DNA of 34,713 nt from an uncultured Anaplasmataceae bacterium (GCA_903864455.1 CAIPFW010000233.1:1-34713), one strand, 5' to 3'. Positions 17,856 through 27,069 are shown, counted from the first letter of the stretch. Notes: generated by a model from the letters alone, not told the origin. Program-made: numbers and translations.

Positions 17856-18233
17856 ATGAGTATAGTAATTGCTGAGGTTGTTTTAAATGTAAATAAGCGC
17901 TTGCCTTATAGTTTGACTGGCGTTCGTGGGATAGGTTTGTCCAGAGCTAAGGCGATTTGCAAGGCATTGAATTTTGATGAAATGAAATTTTTGCGCGATC
18001 TTGATGATGCCGAATTGCGTGCATTGAGTGAATATATCAATGAAAATTATAGCGAAGAGATTGGTAGTAATCTTAGAAGAAACGAACAAAAAAGAATTCA
18101 AGAGTTGATGTCATTGGGTAGTTATATTGGTTTGAGGCACAGGAAGAGGTTGCCTGTTCGTGGGCAGAGAACAAGCTCAAATGCAAAAACTCGTAGGGGG
18201 AAAGCTGGTTCAAAAGTTCAGAAAAAAAAGTAA
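17856..18233 (+). CDS. rpsM: 30S ribosomal protein S13
   Basis: YSLTGVRGIGLSRAKAICKAL... and GLRHRKRLPVRGQRTSSNAKTRRG. Confidence 0.95.
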   Translation: MSIVIAEVVLNVNKRLPYSLTGVRGIGLSRAKAICKALNFDEMKFLRDLDDAELRALSEYINENYSEEIGSNLRRNEQKRIQELMSLGSYIGLRHRKRLPVRGQRTSSNAKTRRGKAGSKVQKKK

Positions 18234-18248
18234 TTTAGGGGTTATTAT

Positions 18249-18662
18249 ATGTCAACAGTCCAAAAAAAAGATTTGAATTTAAAAAAAACTAACTTGTTAA
18301 AAAAGCGCAAAACTGTTCCTACGATTGCGAGGGCAGTAGTTTTGACTACTTTTAATAATAATATAATTTCGATTTCTGATTCGGAGGGTAACGTTATTGT
18401 AGCTAGTTCATCTGGTGCACAAGGATTCAAAGGCACGAGAAAAGCTACTCCTTATGCCGCACAAGTTACTGCTTCTGAGGTTGCAAAAATTGCGGTCGAT
18501 TTGGGAGTGCGTTGTGTAAGTGTTATCATCAGAGGCGTTGGTCCAGGAAGAGATTCGGCAGTCTTGGCTCTCAGAAACTCAGGTTTGAAAATTAGCGTAA
18601 TTTCTTTTGACGTAAGGCTGGCTCATAATGGTTGCAGGGCAAGAAAAAGAAGAAGAGTGTAA
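18249..18662 (+). CDS. rpsK: 30S ribosomal protein S11
   Basis: GFKGTRKATPYAAQVTA...IRGVGPGRDSAVLALRNSGLKI...HNGCRARKRRRV. Confidence 0.96.
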   Translation: MSTVQKKDLNLKKTNLLKKRKTVPTIARAVVLTTFNNNIISISDSEGNVIVASSSGAQGFKGTRKATPYAAQVTASEVAKIAVDLGVRCVSVIIRGVGPGRDSAVLALRNSGLKISVISFDVRLAHNGCRARKRRRV

Positions 18663-18681
18663 AATTTTTTTGGTCAAATTT

Positions 18682-19812
18682 ATGTTTAATGTGGAGCAGG
18701 ATTTATCTCATAGGAACTTGTTGAGAGCAAAATCTATAGATTATATTCATTCATCTGAAGAGATGAATGGTTTGTATAGCTCGGGAACTGTAGTATTATC
18801 GCCTATTTTCAAAGGCCTTGATGTTACAATCGCTCATTCCATGAGGAGAGTATTACTTGGGGCTTCATCTGGTTATGCGATTATAGCTTTTCAGATTGAG
18901 GGCGTCCTTCATGAATTTTCCTATATAAATGGGGTAGTAGAAGATATTTTAACAATTGGATTGAATCTGAAGCAGGTGCGATTGAAGTCTTCTAAAGATG
19001 CAAAAGTTAGTGAGACTATCTCCATAGATTTGAAGGGGCCGTGTGAATTTAAAGCTGGGATGATTGAAGATTTCGCAAATGTAAAAGTTGTAAACAAAGA
19101 TCATGTAATATTTACTATTAATAGCGATATTAATGTATCAATCAAGTTGATTCTTGCGTTTGGATATAATTATGTTCAAGCTGATTCTTTTAAAAAAACT
19201 GGTGTAAAAAGCCCAGGGTTGATATATATTGATGCGCTTTTCAATCCAATTAAAAATGTTTCGTTTAGCTCGGAAGATATTATTGTGAATAGCGAAGATT
19301 ATAAAAAGCTTTATATTTCTATTGAAACTGATGGGACGATAGATTACAGAGATGCTTTGCTAAATGCCGCAAATTTAATGAAGGAGCAGCTTTTCATTCT
19401 ATCGTCGAATGCCCAGCAGACAACATTTTTTGATGATGATTCATCCGATAGTTTAAATATTTTTGATGATGAGATAGGGAAAGACTATTTATTGAGTGCT
19501 TCTGGGGTTCGATATAATATGAATTTATTTAAAAATATTCATGAAATCGAAATGCCGATTAGAGCACATAATGCTTTTGTGAAGGCGAATATTGTATATT
19601 TAGGCGACTTGATAAATATTCCATATAAGGAATTGATTTCAATGTCGAATCTTGGAAGGAAATCTTTGGAGTTGGTATCAAATTGTATTATGAAATATAA
19701 TTTGCGATTTGACATGAACATTTCCCCATGGCCACCAGTAGATTTGCTAAATCTGCGGAAGCAATATGAAGGAAGGATGAATTCTTCGTTGAAGAAAAAA
19801 GTTAATTGGTAA
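18682..19812 (+). CDS. rpoA: DNA-directed RNA polymerase subunit alpha (376 aa, longer than usual)
   Basis: Canonical position. N-terminal-domain-like GLDVTIAHSMRRVLLG and a C-terminal domain with IEMPIRAHNAFVKANIVYLGDLI...LGRKSLELV. The track opens at 18628 inside rpsK, but I prefer ATG 18682. Confidence 0.9.
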   Translation: MFNVEQDLSHRNLLRAKSIDYIHSSEEMNGLYSSGTVVLSPIFKGLDVTIAHSMRRVLLGASSGYAIIAFQIEGVLHEFSYINGVVEDILTIGLNLKQVRLKSSKDAKVSETISIDLKGPCEFKAGMIEDFANVKVVNKDHVIFTINSDINVSIKLILAFGYNYVQADSFKKTGVKSPGLIYIDALFNPIKNVSFSSEDIIVNSEDYKKLYISIETDGTIDYRDALLNAANLMKEQLFILSSNAQQTTFFDDDSSDSLNIFDDEIGKDYLLSASGVRYNMNLFKNIHEIEMPIRAHNAFVKANIVYLGDLINIPYKELISMSNLGRKSLELVSNCIMKYNLRFDMNISPWPPVDLLNLRKQYEGRMNSSLKKKVNW

Positions 19813-19832
19813 AATTTTAATTGGTATAAATT

Positions 19833-20252
19833 ATGAGACACTTAGTTGCTGGTAAAAAATTAAATAGAAATACTTCACATAGAATTTCTTTGATCAGAAA
19901 TATGACTATTTCTTTAGTTCAACATGAGCAAATTATAACAACCTTACCAAAGGCAAAATTTCTGAGACCATTCGCTGAAAAAATTATTACTATCGGTATC
20001 GAATACGCAAAATCAAAAGACGAAAGTAGAAAATTATTTTTACGCAGATTGCTTTTGGCTAGATTGGGTAGCAAAAGTCATAATGCCGTAGAAAAAATTG
20101 TAGCTATTTTATCTGAAAGATACAAAAATAGAAATGGCGGATATACTAGAATATTAAAATATAAACATCGTATCGATAGTACTCAAACAGCAGTGATTGA
20201 GTTTGTTGATAGAGATGTAGAGGCTAGAGGAAGACCATTCTTGAAAAAATAA
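19833..20252 (+). CDS. rplQ: 50S ribosomal protein L17
   Basis: MRHLVAGKKLNRNTSHRISLIRNMTISLVQHEQIITTLPKAK...GGYTRILK. Confidence 0.95.
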   Translation: MRHLVAGKKLNRNTSHRISLIRNMTISLVQHEQIITTLPKAKFLRPFAEKIITIGIEYAKSKDESRKLFLRRLLLARLGSKSHNAVEKIVAILSERYKNRNGGYTRILKYKHRIDSTQTAVIEFVDRDVEARGRPFLKK

Positions 20253-20308
20253 ATATCGCAAACTGTGAAAATCTAATTCCTCAGGTTTTTATCTTGAGAA
20301 GAACATGA

Positions 20309-20344
20309 GAAATCTGAAATTATTCAAAACTAATTTGAGATTTC
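20309..20344. terminator. AT-rich inverted repeat between convergent rplQ and prs (possible bidirectional terminator)
   Basis: gaaatctgaaatta (20309-20322) and taatttgagatttc (20331-20344) form a 14-bp stem with one mismatch and an 8-nt loop. It overlaps the last prs codons. No G+C-rich stem, so this is weak. Confidence 0.25.
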
Positions 20345-21616
20345 ATTTAAAATTTCTTTTATTATCATTTGATGAATTGGCTTTATCTCAAATTTTTGAT
20401 TTTGATTGCTTTGGGAATAAAAATTTTGAATCTTGGATAATGCGGATGTTTCTGTATCGGTGATGAAGATTTTTGTAAATGCGGAATCGTGCATTTTTTC
20501 AACTGCATTTTGTGAAAGAACGGCGTGAGTTGTGAAGCAATATATATCATTCGCTCCGTAACTTTCTTTTAATGCTTTTGCAGAATTGCATAGAGTGCCT
20601 CCCGTATCTAAGATGTCATCAATGATGATGCATGTTTTTCCATCAATTCTTGGGCCTACGATTTCAGTTATTTCTGATTTACCCGGTTCTGGTCTTCTTT
20701 TTGTAATGAAAATAATTTTTCCTTCGTATTCGCTGAGTAAATTAATGAAGGATTTTGTTTGCGCTCCATATATAATGAAAATTGAGAGTAGGTGATTTTT
20801 GATTTCACTCCACAAAATTTTTACTTTTTCAGCGCATCCATGATCTGGAGCAACTAAGACGAGTTTGTTGACAAAAAACTCAAAAATAATTGCTAAGGCG
20901 AATTCGGAAGATTGCGTTCCTATAAATTCTATATCTTCTTCTGATTGCAGTCCGCTAAATAATCGGAAAAAACTCTCGATATGTTTTTTTTGGGACAAAT
21001 CTTCTAAATGGGATAAAATAATTTCTTTAAATACATCGCCAAAAATCTCCAATAAATGTTCTTTTTCAATCATGTTGTGCTTTATGTGATTTTCATCGCA
21101 ATATTTGGCGAGTGCCGTAGAGTGAGGGTCGATTGTGACTAATTTTGTCAATCCGCAAACTTTTAAAGTTTTGATTTTAATTTCTAAGGCCGATGGTTCT
21201 GAAGTTTCGTATTCTTCTTCATCGATAATTTTGATGGCATTGATAGTTCTATCCTGCCTCGCATATCCAAAATTTGTCGCAATTAATATTATTTCGGCGT
21301 TTTTATTCAAATTTCGGCAGGCATTAATGATGCATTCGGTTTCAAAAAAGATAGAATCTACAGATTTATTGATAAATTTATTTTCTGAGATCGACTGAAT
21401 GACGATGAATTTATGGCAACTCTCAAACGAGAATTCCGATTTATCAGCGATTAATTTAATTCGAGTTTCGCCATTATTAAAAGTTGTGATTTCTGTCAAA
21501 TCATGCAAAAAAGACAAACTATCGTTGTGAATATTTAATCTTTGCAAAGTTTCTTTTAATAAATTTTTATTTATTGGGCAGTTACTTCCATTAATTATAA
21601 AAATATTTTTTGTCAT
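20330..21616 (-). CDS. prs: Ribose-phosphate pyrophosphokinase (PRPP synthase) with large internal insertions (428 aa)
   Basis: NFGYARQDR, DPHS, VAPDHG, KRRP and the PRPP/ribose-5-P loop CIIIDDILDTGGTLC are all present, in the canonical order. Confidence 0.85.
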   Translation of the reverse strand: MTKNIFIINGSNCPINKNLLKETLQRLNIHNDSLSFLHDLTEITTFNNGETRIKLIADKSEFSFESCHKFIVIQSISENKFINKSVDSIFFETECIINACRNLNKNAEIILIATNFGYARQDRTINAIKIIDEEEYETSEPSALEIKIKTLKVCGLTKLVTIDPHSTALAKYCDENHIKHNMIEKEHLLEIFGDVFKEIILSHLEDLSQKKHIESFFRLFSGLQSEEDIEFIGTQSSEFALAIIFEFFVNKLVLVAPDHGCAEKVKILWSEIKNHLLSIFIIYGAQTKSFINLLSEYEGKIIFITKRRPEPGKSEITEIVGPRIDGKTCIIIDDILDTGGTLCNSAKALKESYGANDIYCFTTHAVLSQNAVEKMHDSAFTKIFITDTETSALSKIQNFYSQSNQNQKFEIKPIHQMIIKEILNEISN

Positions 21617-21784
21617 TGCGTTGAATTTTTTATAAATATATAACTAAATTGTTAACATCATACTATATATTGCGAGATTTCCAAAGAAAAAATATTCAAT
21701 TGATTGAAGATTGCTGTTGATTTGACTAAACTTTTAGTTGCAAAGCATAAAAAAATTATATTTTAATAGAGTGAAATTCGCAAA

Positions 21785-24124
21785 ATGAAGAAAAAGAACT
21801 TGGGGTTTTTAATATTATTGTGTGTTTTTATTTTTTCAGCATTCGAGATTGATGAAAGAATCGAAGATGGGTTCAACTTTTTGATTTATATTTTATTTGG
21901 AGTGCTTTTATTTCTTTTTTTGAAAAAGAACAAAGTAAATCAAGAATTCACGATATTTTTTCAAGATTTCTTTTCATATTCCTCGTTGCTGTATTTCATC
22001 TTGGATAAAAACAATGAGATTCTTTATTTCGACAATCGAAATCATAAAAAAATAAATGAATTTCTTGAACAAACAGATAATTTGAATAAATTATTGGAAT
22101 ATTTAAATTTATCCAAGGAGCACATTGAGATGGTAAATTTATTTTTATCAAAAAATGAAAATTTTGAAATCAGCGCAAATTATGAATTGAAAAACGTTGC
22201 GGAAAATATTATGATGCCATTTTTCAAAATTACAATGATTTATGATGAAAAATCTAAGAATAAAATTTTATTTTTTACTGAGAATGCTAATAAAAATTTA
22301 TTAAAAATTGCAAATTATCACAATCTAGGATTTTTTAAATTAACTTATGAAAAAGATATTTTGGATGAAAACGAAGTCGCAAACAAGATAAGTGATGCTG
22401 ATGAAAAATATATTTTCAGCTTAGTGGAGAAAAACTTTATTCAGCGTAATGAGAAAGATAATCAGAACATGCAAAATCAATTTTTGTATATTCATGAAGA
22501 AAAAAATTATTTGATTTCTATTTTTCAAAGAATTTCTTTTAATTTGTCGGACAAGCGATTTATTTCGAAATACATCATTCTGACTTCTGAGAACAAGGAA
22601 TTGAATTTCTGGAGTTTATTTTTTGCTGAAAATTTTATTCCAATAGGTGAGATGAACCAGAATTTCGAGATTTTAAAGGCGAATAAAAAACTCAAAGAGA
22701 TTCTTCGTTTTTTTAGCGATAAGAATAATAATTTTTTTGATTTTTTTGAGATTCAAAAGGATGACGAACATTCAAATCAATATTTAATTGATGAGTTGAA
22801 GAAAAACAATGCGATGAATCTGGATGTTGTTTTGAAATTTGATTCAAATAGTGAATTTACTTTATTTTTTCAGAGAGCGGGGGATTTGATTTTGATTTAT
22901 GTTATTCAAGGTCAAGCGAATAAAAATCTTGAAATGAATTTTAATCATAGTCAAAAGATGCAAGTGATTGGCAATTTGGCGAGCGGAATCGCTCATGATT
23001 TCAATAATTTGCTGACAGGGATGATAGGTTTTTGTGATTTATTGATGCAAAGGCATGCTTCTGATATGGAATCGACATCAATGTTGATTCATATAAAGCA
23101 AAATATAGTGAGGGCGATAGATTTGATAAAAAAACTTTCAACGTTCTCAAAAAGGCAAAAACTGAAAATTGAGGTGATAGATATTCAAAAAACGATGAGA
23201 AATATCGTCGATTTGTTGAAAAGAATTATTGGAGAGAATATTGAGCTCAATGTAGAATATAAAGAGAGTGATATTCTTCAAACCGAAATTGACCAATCGC
23301 AATTCGAGCAGATTATTATTAATTTGCTTGTGAATAGTCGTGATGCGATAAAGAAAAATGGTCGAATTGATATTCTTATTGATTCTGTTCATATAAAAGA
23401 TTCGCATTATAAAATTCACCCATCGCTTAAAGTTTATTCTGTTGATGGTGAGAAAATTGAGATTGGAGATTATATAATTATTAGAATTTCTGACAATGGA
23501 GACGGTATCGAGGAGTCAAAAGCGAATAATATCTTTGAGCCATTTTATACTACGAAAGAGAGAGGGTCTGGTCTAGGTCTTTCGATGATTTATGGTGCTT
23601 TGAAGCAAGTGAGCGGTTATATTTTTTTCACAACTGAAATTGGAATCGGCTCAACTTTTTATATATTTTTAAAAAAATATAGTGGGGTGATTGAGAGCTC
23701 AGAGAGTGAGGATATGGTACAAATTGACTTTTCGCCAAAATTAAATAAACAACATAGAATTGTGTTGGTTGAGGATGAGAATTCTGTGCGAGAGTTTGTT
23801 ACGCAGGCTTTAAAGAATCTGAATCATGATGTGATTCCATTTGAGTCGAGCGAGGAGGGGTTAGAGTTTTTGAAAAATTATAAGCATGGAGTGGATTTAA
23901 TTATCACCGACGTTATGATGCCAAAAGTGAATGGGTATGATTTTATGAATGAAGTCAAGATAAATAAAAAGTATGAAAAAACAAAATTTTTATTCATTTC
24001 TGGGTATATGGAAAATACAATCCTTCAGAGTTTTGAGAATGGAGACTTGAAATGCGAATTTCTCGCTAAGCCATTCACTTTAAAATCTTTGTTGAAAAAG
24101 GTGGAAGAGATTTTATATCAATAG
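21785..24124 (+). CDS. cckA: Membrane-anchored hybrid sensor histidine kinase / response regulator, CckA-like
   Basis: 779 aa. Two N-terminal TM segments. H-box IGNLASGIAHDFNNLLTGMIGFCDLLMQRH, ATPase N/G boxes (LLVNSRDAI, DNGDGI, GSGLGLS) and a C-terminal receiver (VLVEDE...DLIITDVMMPKVNG...KP). The H-box closely resembles remembered alphaproteobacterial CckA. Confidence 0.6.
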   Translation: MKKKNLGFLILLCVFIFSAFEIDERIEDGFNFLIYILFGVLLFLFLKKNKVNQEFTIFFQDFFSYSSLLYFILDKNNEILYFDNRNHKKINEFLEQTDNLNKLLEYLNLSKEHIEMVNLFLSKNENFEISANYELKNVAENIMMPFFKITMIYDEKSKNKILFFTENANKNLLKIANYHNLGFFKLTYEKDILDENEVANKISDADEKYIFSLVEKNFIQRNEKDNQNMQNQFLYIHEEKNYLISIFQRISFNLSDKRFISKYIILTSENKELNFWSLFFAENFIPIGEMNQNFEILKANKKLKEILRFFSDKNNNFFDFFEIQKDDEHSNQYLIDELKKNNAMNLDVVLKFDSNSEFTLFFQRAGDLILIYVIQGQANKNLEMNFNHSQKMQVIGNLASGIAHDFNNLLTGMIGFCDLLMQRHASDMESTSMLIHIKQNIVRAIDLIKKLSTFSKRQKLKIEVIDIQKTMRNIVDLLKRIIGENIELNVEYKESDILQTEIDQSQFEQIIINLLVNSRDAIKKNGRIDILIDSVHIKDSHYKIHPSLKVYSVDGEKIEIGDYIIIRISDNGDGIEESKANNIFEPFYTTKERGSGLGLSMIYGALKQVSGYIFFTTEIGIGSTFYIFLKKYSGVIESSESEDMVQIDFSPKLNKQHRIVLVEDENSVREFVTQALKNLNHDVIPFESSEEGLEFLKNYKHGVDLIITDVMMPKVNGYDFMNEVKINKKYEKTKFLFISGYMENTILQSFENGDLKCEFLAKPFTLKSLLKKVEEILYQ

Positions 24125-24289
24125 ATGATGAAACTGAGATTGAAGATTCTGAGGTATTTTTTGATTCCGAAGTTTTGTATCCAGAATCTTTTGAATCTAT
24201 TCTTTGAAGCCTTTGTTGCGTCATTTTAATTTTTTTTATTAAATGAAAAGAAAGTATAATATATATTCATAAAAAAAATAAAAAAATCA

Positions 24290-25282
24290 ATGCTTTTGGT
24301 AAAAAAATTTGGCGGGACGTCCGTCGGAGATTTGAATAGAATAAAAAATACAGCACAAATCATAAAGAAATACATCGATAATGGAGATCAGGTTGTTGTT
24401 GTAATCTCAGCTATGGCGGGAGTTACGAATGATATTTATGATCAATGTTCGACAATTCATTCCCAATATCATTCCGAATATGACCAAGCTATGGTTGTTG
24501 GTGAGCAGATTTCTGCATCACTTCTTGCGATGGAGTTGGAAAATCTGGGATGCAAAGCAAAGTCCTATAATTGCTGGAATTTGCCGATTTATGGGGATGG
24601 GAATTATGGTGATGGAGTGATAACAGAGATAAATACTCACCAATTGAAAGATGACCTTGAAAATCAAATTATCCCTGTTATTGCGGGCTTTCAAGCAATC
24701 AAAAAGAATGAGAATCGTGCGATTACTTTGGGGCGAGGTGGCTCTGATTATAGTGCTGTGATGGTTGCAGCGTCGATTCATGCGGATATTTGTTACATTT
24801 ATACTGATGTGAGTGGGGTGTATAATGCTGACCCCAGAATCCTCCCTGAGGCGTCGAAAATTCACGAATTATCTTATGATGAGATTATCGAGATGGCTGA
24901 TGGTGGGGCGAAAGTTTTACAACTCAAGTCTGTAATTGCCGCGAAAAAATACAAAGTATATATGAAAGTACTTTCTAGCTTCAATCCCGACGAGATTGGG
25001 ACGGTCATTGCGAATAATATTTTGTTGAAAAGGGGTGAAAATATCATCACTCTGAACTATAAAAATTGGACTCACGACATCACAAAAATCACAATCTTCG
25101 CACTCTATAGTCCTGAAATCCCAGATTTCGCAAGGATACAAGCTTCATTGATTGAAAAAAAAATAGATGTAGTGGAGGTGAACATTGTTCAAAATAATAA
25201 AGTTGAAATTCTCATCAAAAATGCAAACAAAGAAAATTGTTTGAAAAATTTATTTTTATTATTTTCTACGAAACGCAGTTGA
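24290..25282 (+). CDS. lysC: Aspartate kinase with shortened regulatory region (330 aa)
   Basis: VKKFGGTSVGDLNRIKN, VVVISAMAGVTN, TLGRGGSDYSAV, IYTDVSGVYNADPRI, GAKVLQLKS. Confidence 0.8.
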   Translation: MLLVKKFGGTSVGDLNRIKNTAQIIKKYIDNGDQVVVVISAMAGVTNDIYDQCSTIHSQYHSEYDQAMVVGEQISASLLAMELENLGCKAKSYNCWNLPIYGDGNYGDGVITEINTHQLKDDLENQIIPVIAGFQAIKKNENRAITLGRGGSDYSAVMVAASIHADICYIYTDVSGVYNADPRILPEASKIHELSYDEIIEMADGGAKVLQLKSVIAAKKYKVYMKVLSSFNPDEIGTVIANNILLKRGENIITLNYKNWTHDITKITIFALYSPEIPDFARIQASLIEKKIDVVEVNIVQNNKVEILIKNANKENCLKNLFLLFSTKRS

Positions 25283-25334
25283 TATTTGTATTTTTTAATG
25301 TATTATATCTTTAATTCGATAATTTTTTTATAAA

Positions 25335-25646
25335 ATGAATAAAAAAGAAGTGAAAAAAGCTCCTGTGAAACAGCAGTCGAAAGGAGCACCTGTTGCTGGG
25401 AAGGTTGTAAAATCAACGACTGTAGATAAAAAAAAGCGTAGAAATGTTGCTATGCATAAAGTTTTGGTGAAATGCACGAACGGTCAAAGTTTTTATACTT
25501 GGTCGACTTGTGGTAATGATAATAAAGAAGTGACGATTGCATTGTACTCTGACCCTTTTATTCATGAGGCTTGGAACAAAGATCGTACGAAGCGTGTGAT
25601 TCAAAACAACAGTTTCGATAATCGTTACGGAAAAGTAGAATTTTAA
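25335..25646 (+). CDS. rpmE: 50S ribosomal protein L31 with a Lys/Ala/Val-rich N-terminal extension of about 31 aa
   Basis: C-terminal 70 aa match L31 (…VKCTNGQSFYTWST…DPFIHEAWNKD…FDNRYGK). Alignment by eye puts the usual L31 start near residue 32, upstream of the only internal Met (25452). Confidence 0.8.
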   Translation: MNKKEVKKAPVKQQSKGAPVAGKVVKSTTVDKKKRRNVAMHKVLVKCTNGQSFYTWSTCGNDNKEVTIALYSDPFIHEAWNKDRTKRVIQNNSFDNRYGKVEF

Positions 25647-25675
25647 TCAATTAATTATAATATAGGAAATAAATT

Positions 25676-26089
25676 ATGAGAACTTTAGCTATTATAAAGC
25701 CAGATGCAACAAGACGAAATATCACAGGAAAAATCAACGGTATGATTGAGAATGCTGGTTTTGTCATCGTTGGACAAAAAAGAATCATGATGTCAAAAGC
25801 TGATGCACAAAGATTTTATGCGGTGCACAGCGCAAGACCATTCTTCGGTGAGTTGGTTGATGGAATGAGTGCGGGTCCAGTTGTAGTGCAAGTTTTGGAA
25901 AAAAATAACGCTGTATCTGATTTTCGCGATTTGATTGGAGCGACGAATCCAGCTGAAGCGAAAGAAGGAACAATTAGAAAAGCTCATGCAATAAGCATTG
26001 GCGAGAATAGTGTTCATGGGTCTGATAGTGAAGAAAATGCAAAAAATGAAATTGCGTTCTTTTTTTCTGAAAGAGAAATAGTATCTTAA
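25676..26089 (+). CDS. ndk: Nucleoside diphosphate kinase
   Basis: [10 protein letters not shown]..., [16 protein letters not shown] (active-site His). 137 aa. Confidence 0.96.
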   Translation: MRTLAIIKPDATRRNITGKINGMIENAGFVIVGQKRIMMSKADAQRFYAVHSARPFFGELVDGMSAGPVVVQVLEKNNAVSDFRDLIGATNPAEAKEGTIRKAHAISIGENSVHGSDSEENAKNEIAFFFSEREIVS

Positions 26090-26109
26090 ATATATTTTTT
26101 AGATGAATA

Positions 26110-27069
26110 ATGACTAGAATTGATAACAAAGTTATTACAATTTTTGGTGGCTCTGGCTTCGTAGGTCAATATTTATCTAAATTTCTATCACAGGAGAATG
26201 GTTTTATAGTTAAAATTATCACTCACGATATCGACAAAGCGGAAAAAATAAAAACGCAAGCTCCGATTGGCAAGATCGTGGTTTGCTACTGCAATATTTT
26301 TGATAAATCAAAGCTCGAAGAATGCATCGCTGGGTCGGACATCATTATCAATCTTATTGCAACTTTTAAAGAAAAAGATAAAGATAATTTTACATATTTG
26401 CATTCGCAATTTCCAGAAATTATTTCAACACTTGCGAAAAAACATAATATTGAAAAATTTATTCAACTTTCAAATTTAAATATCGAGAATGTATCAACTT
26501 TATATGCGAAGAGTAGAGTTCTTGGCGACAAAGCGGTTCAAAATTTCAAAAATCATGTCATTTTGCGTTCGAGTTTGATTTATGGCGAGGAGGATAATTT
26601 TATCAATGTTTTATACCGAATTGCAAAAAAATACAAAATATTGCCATTATTGAATAATGGTGCTACTCGATTACAACCTATATATGTAGCTGATTTGTGC
26701 AAAATAATCTGTGAAATATGCAAAGATAGTGAATCGAGGTTTTTTGGTGTTCATAAAGTTGGGGGGCGTGAGATTTTGTCGTTACTTGATATATATAAAA
26801 CTTTTGAAAAACTTCTGAATCATAAAATTCATTTTGTTCCTGTGAACAAAAGTATTTTTGAAGTGTTGACAAGGATATTAAATTTCAAGTTGATGTTTTT
26901 TATAAACAGGCTGTCTTTTGGTTCTTTTGATTGTCCATTTTCTCCAGAGCAGATAAAATTATCAAATAATGACAATATAATTTCGAACGAACAAGAAAAT
27001 CTTTTAAATAAATTCAATCTCAAGACGAATACTTTTTTTGAAAATATATCAAGCTATTTAGTGAATTAG
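26110..27069 (+). CDS. NAD(P)-binding SDR, complex I NDUFA9 (39-kDa subunit)-like family
   Basis: ITIFGGSGFVGQYL Rossmann motif, YAKSRVLGDKAV (YxxxK), ILRSSLIYGEEDNF, LQPIYVADL. Pattern recalled for alphaproteobacterial NDUFA9-like proteins. Confidence 0.7.
   Translation: MTRIDNKVITIFGGSGFVGQYLSKFLSQENGFIVKIITHDIDKAEKIKTQAPIGKIVVCYCNIFDKSKLEECIAGSDIIINLIATFKEKDKDNFTYLHSQFPEIISTLAKKHNIEKFIQLSNLNIENVSTLYAKSRVLGDKAVQNFKNHVILRSSLIYGEEDNFINVLYRIAKKYKILPLLNNGATRLQPIYVADLCKIICEICKDSESRFFGVHKVGGREILSLLDIYKTFEKLLNHKIHFVPVNKSIFEVLTRILNFKLMFFINRLSFGSFDCPFSPEQIKLSNNDNIISNEQENLLNKFNLKTNTFFENISSYLVN

Noticed and set aside
24124-24204. Acidic peptide-like reading (DDETEIEDSEVFFDSEVLYPESFESIL) in an alternative frame just past the CckA-like stop. 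There is also an in-frame 34-codon ORF right after the TAG.
   Set aside because: The acidic frame has no start codon and is closed 18 codons upstream (TAA at 24067). Nothing supports frameshifting or readthrough here. It is most likely chance or a decayed ancestral tail.
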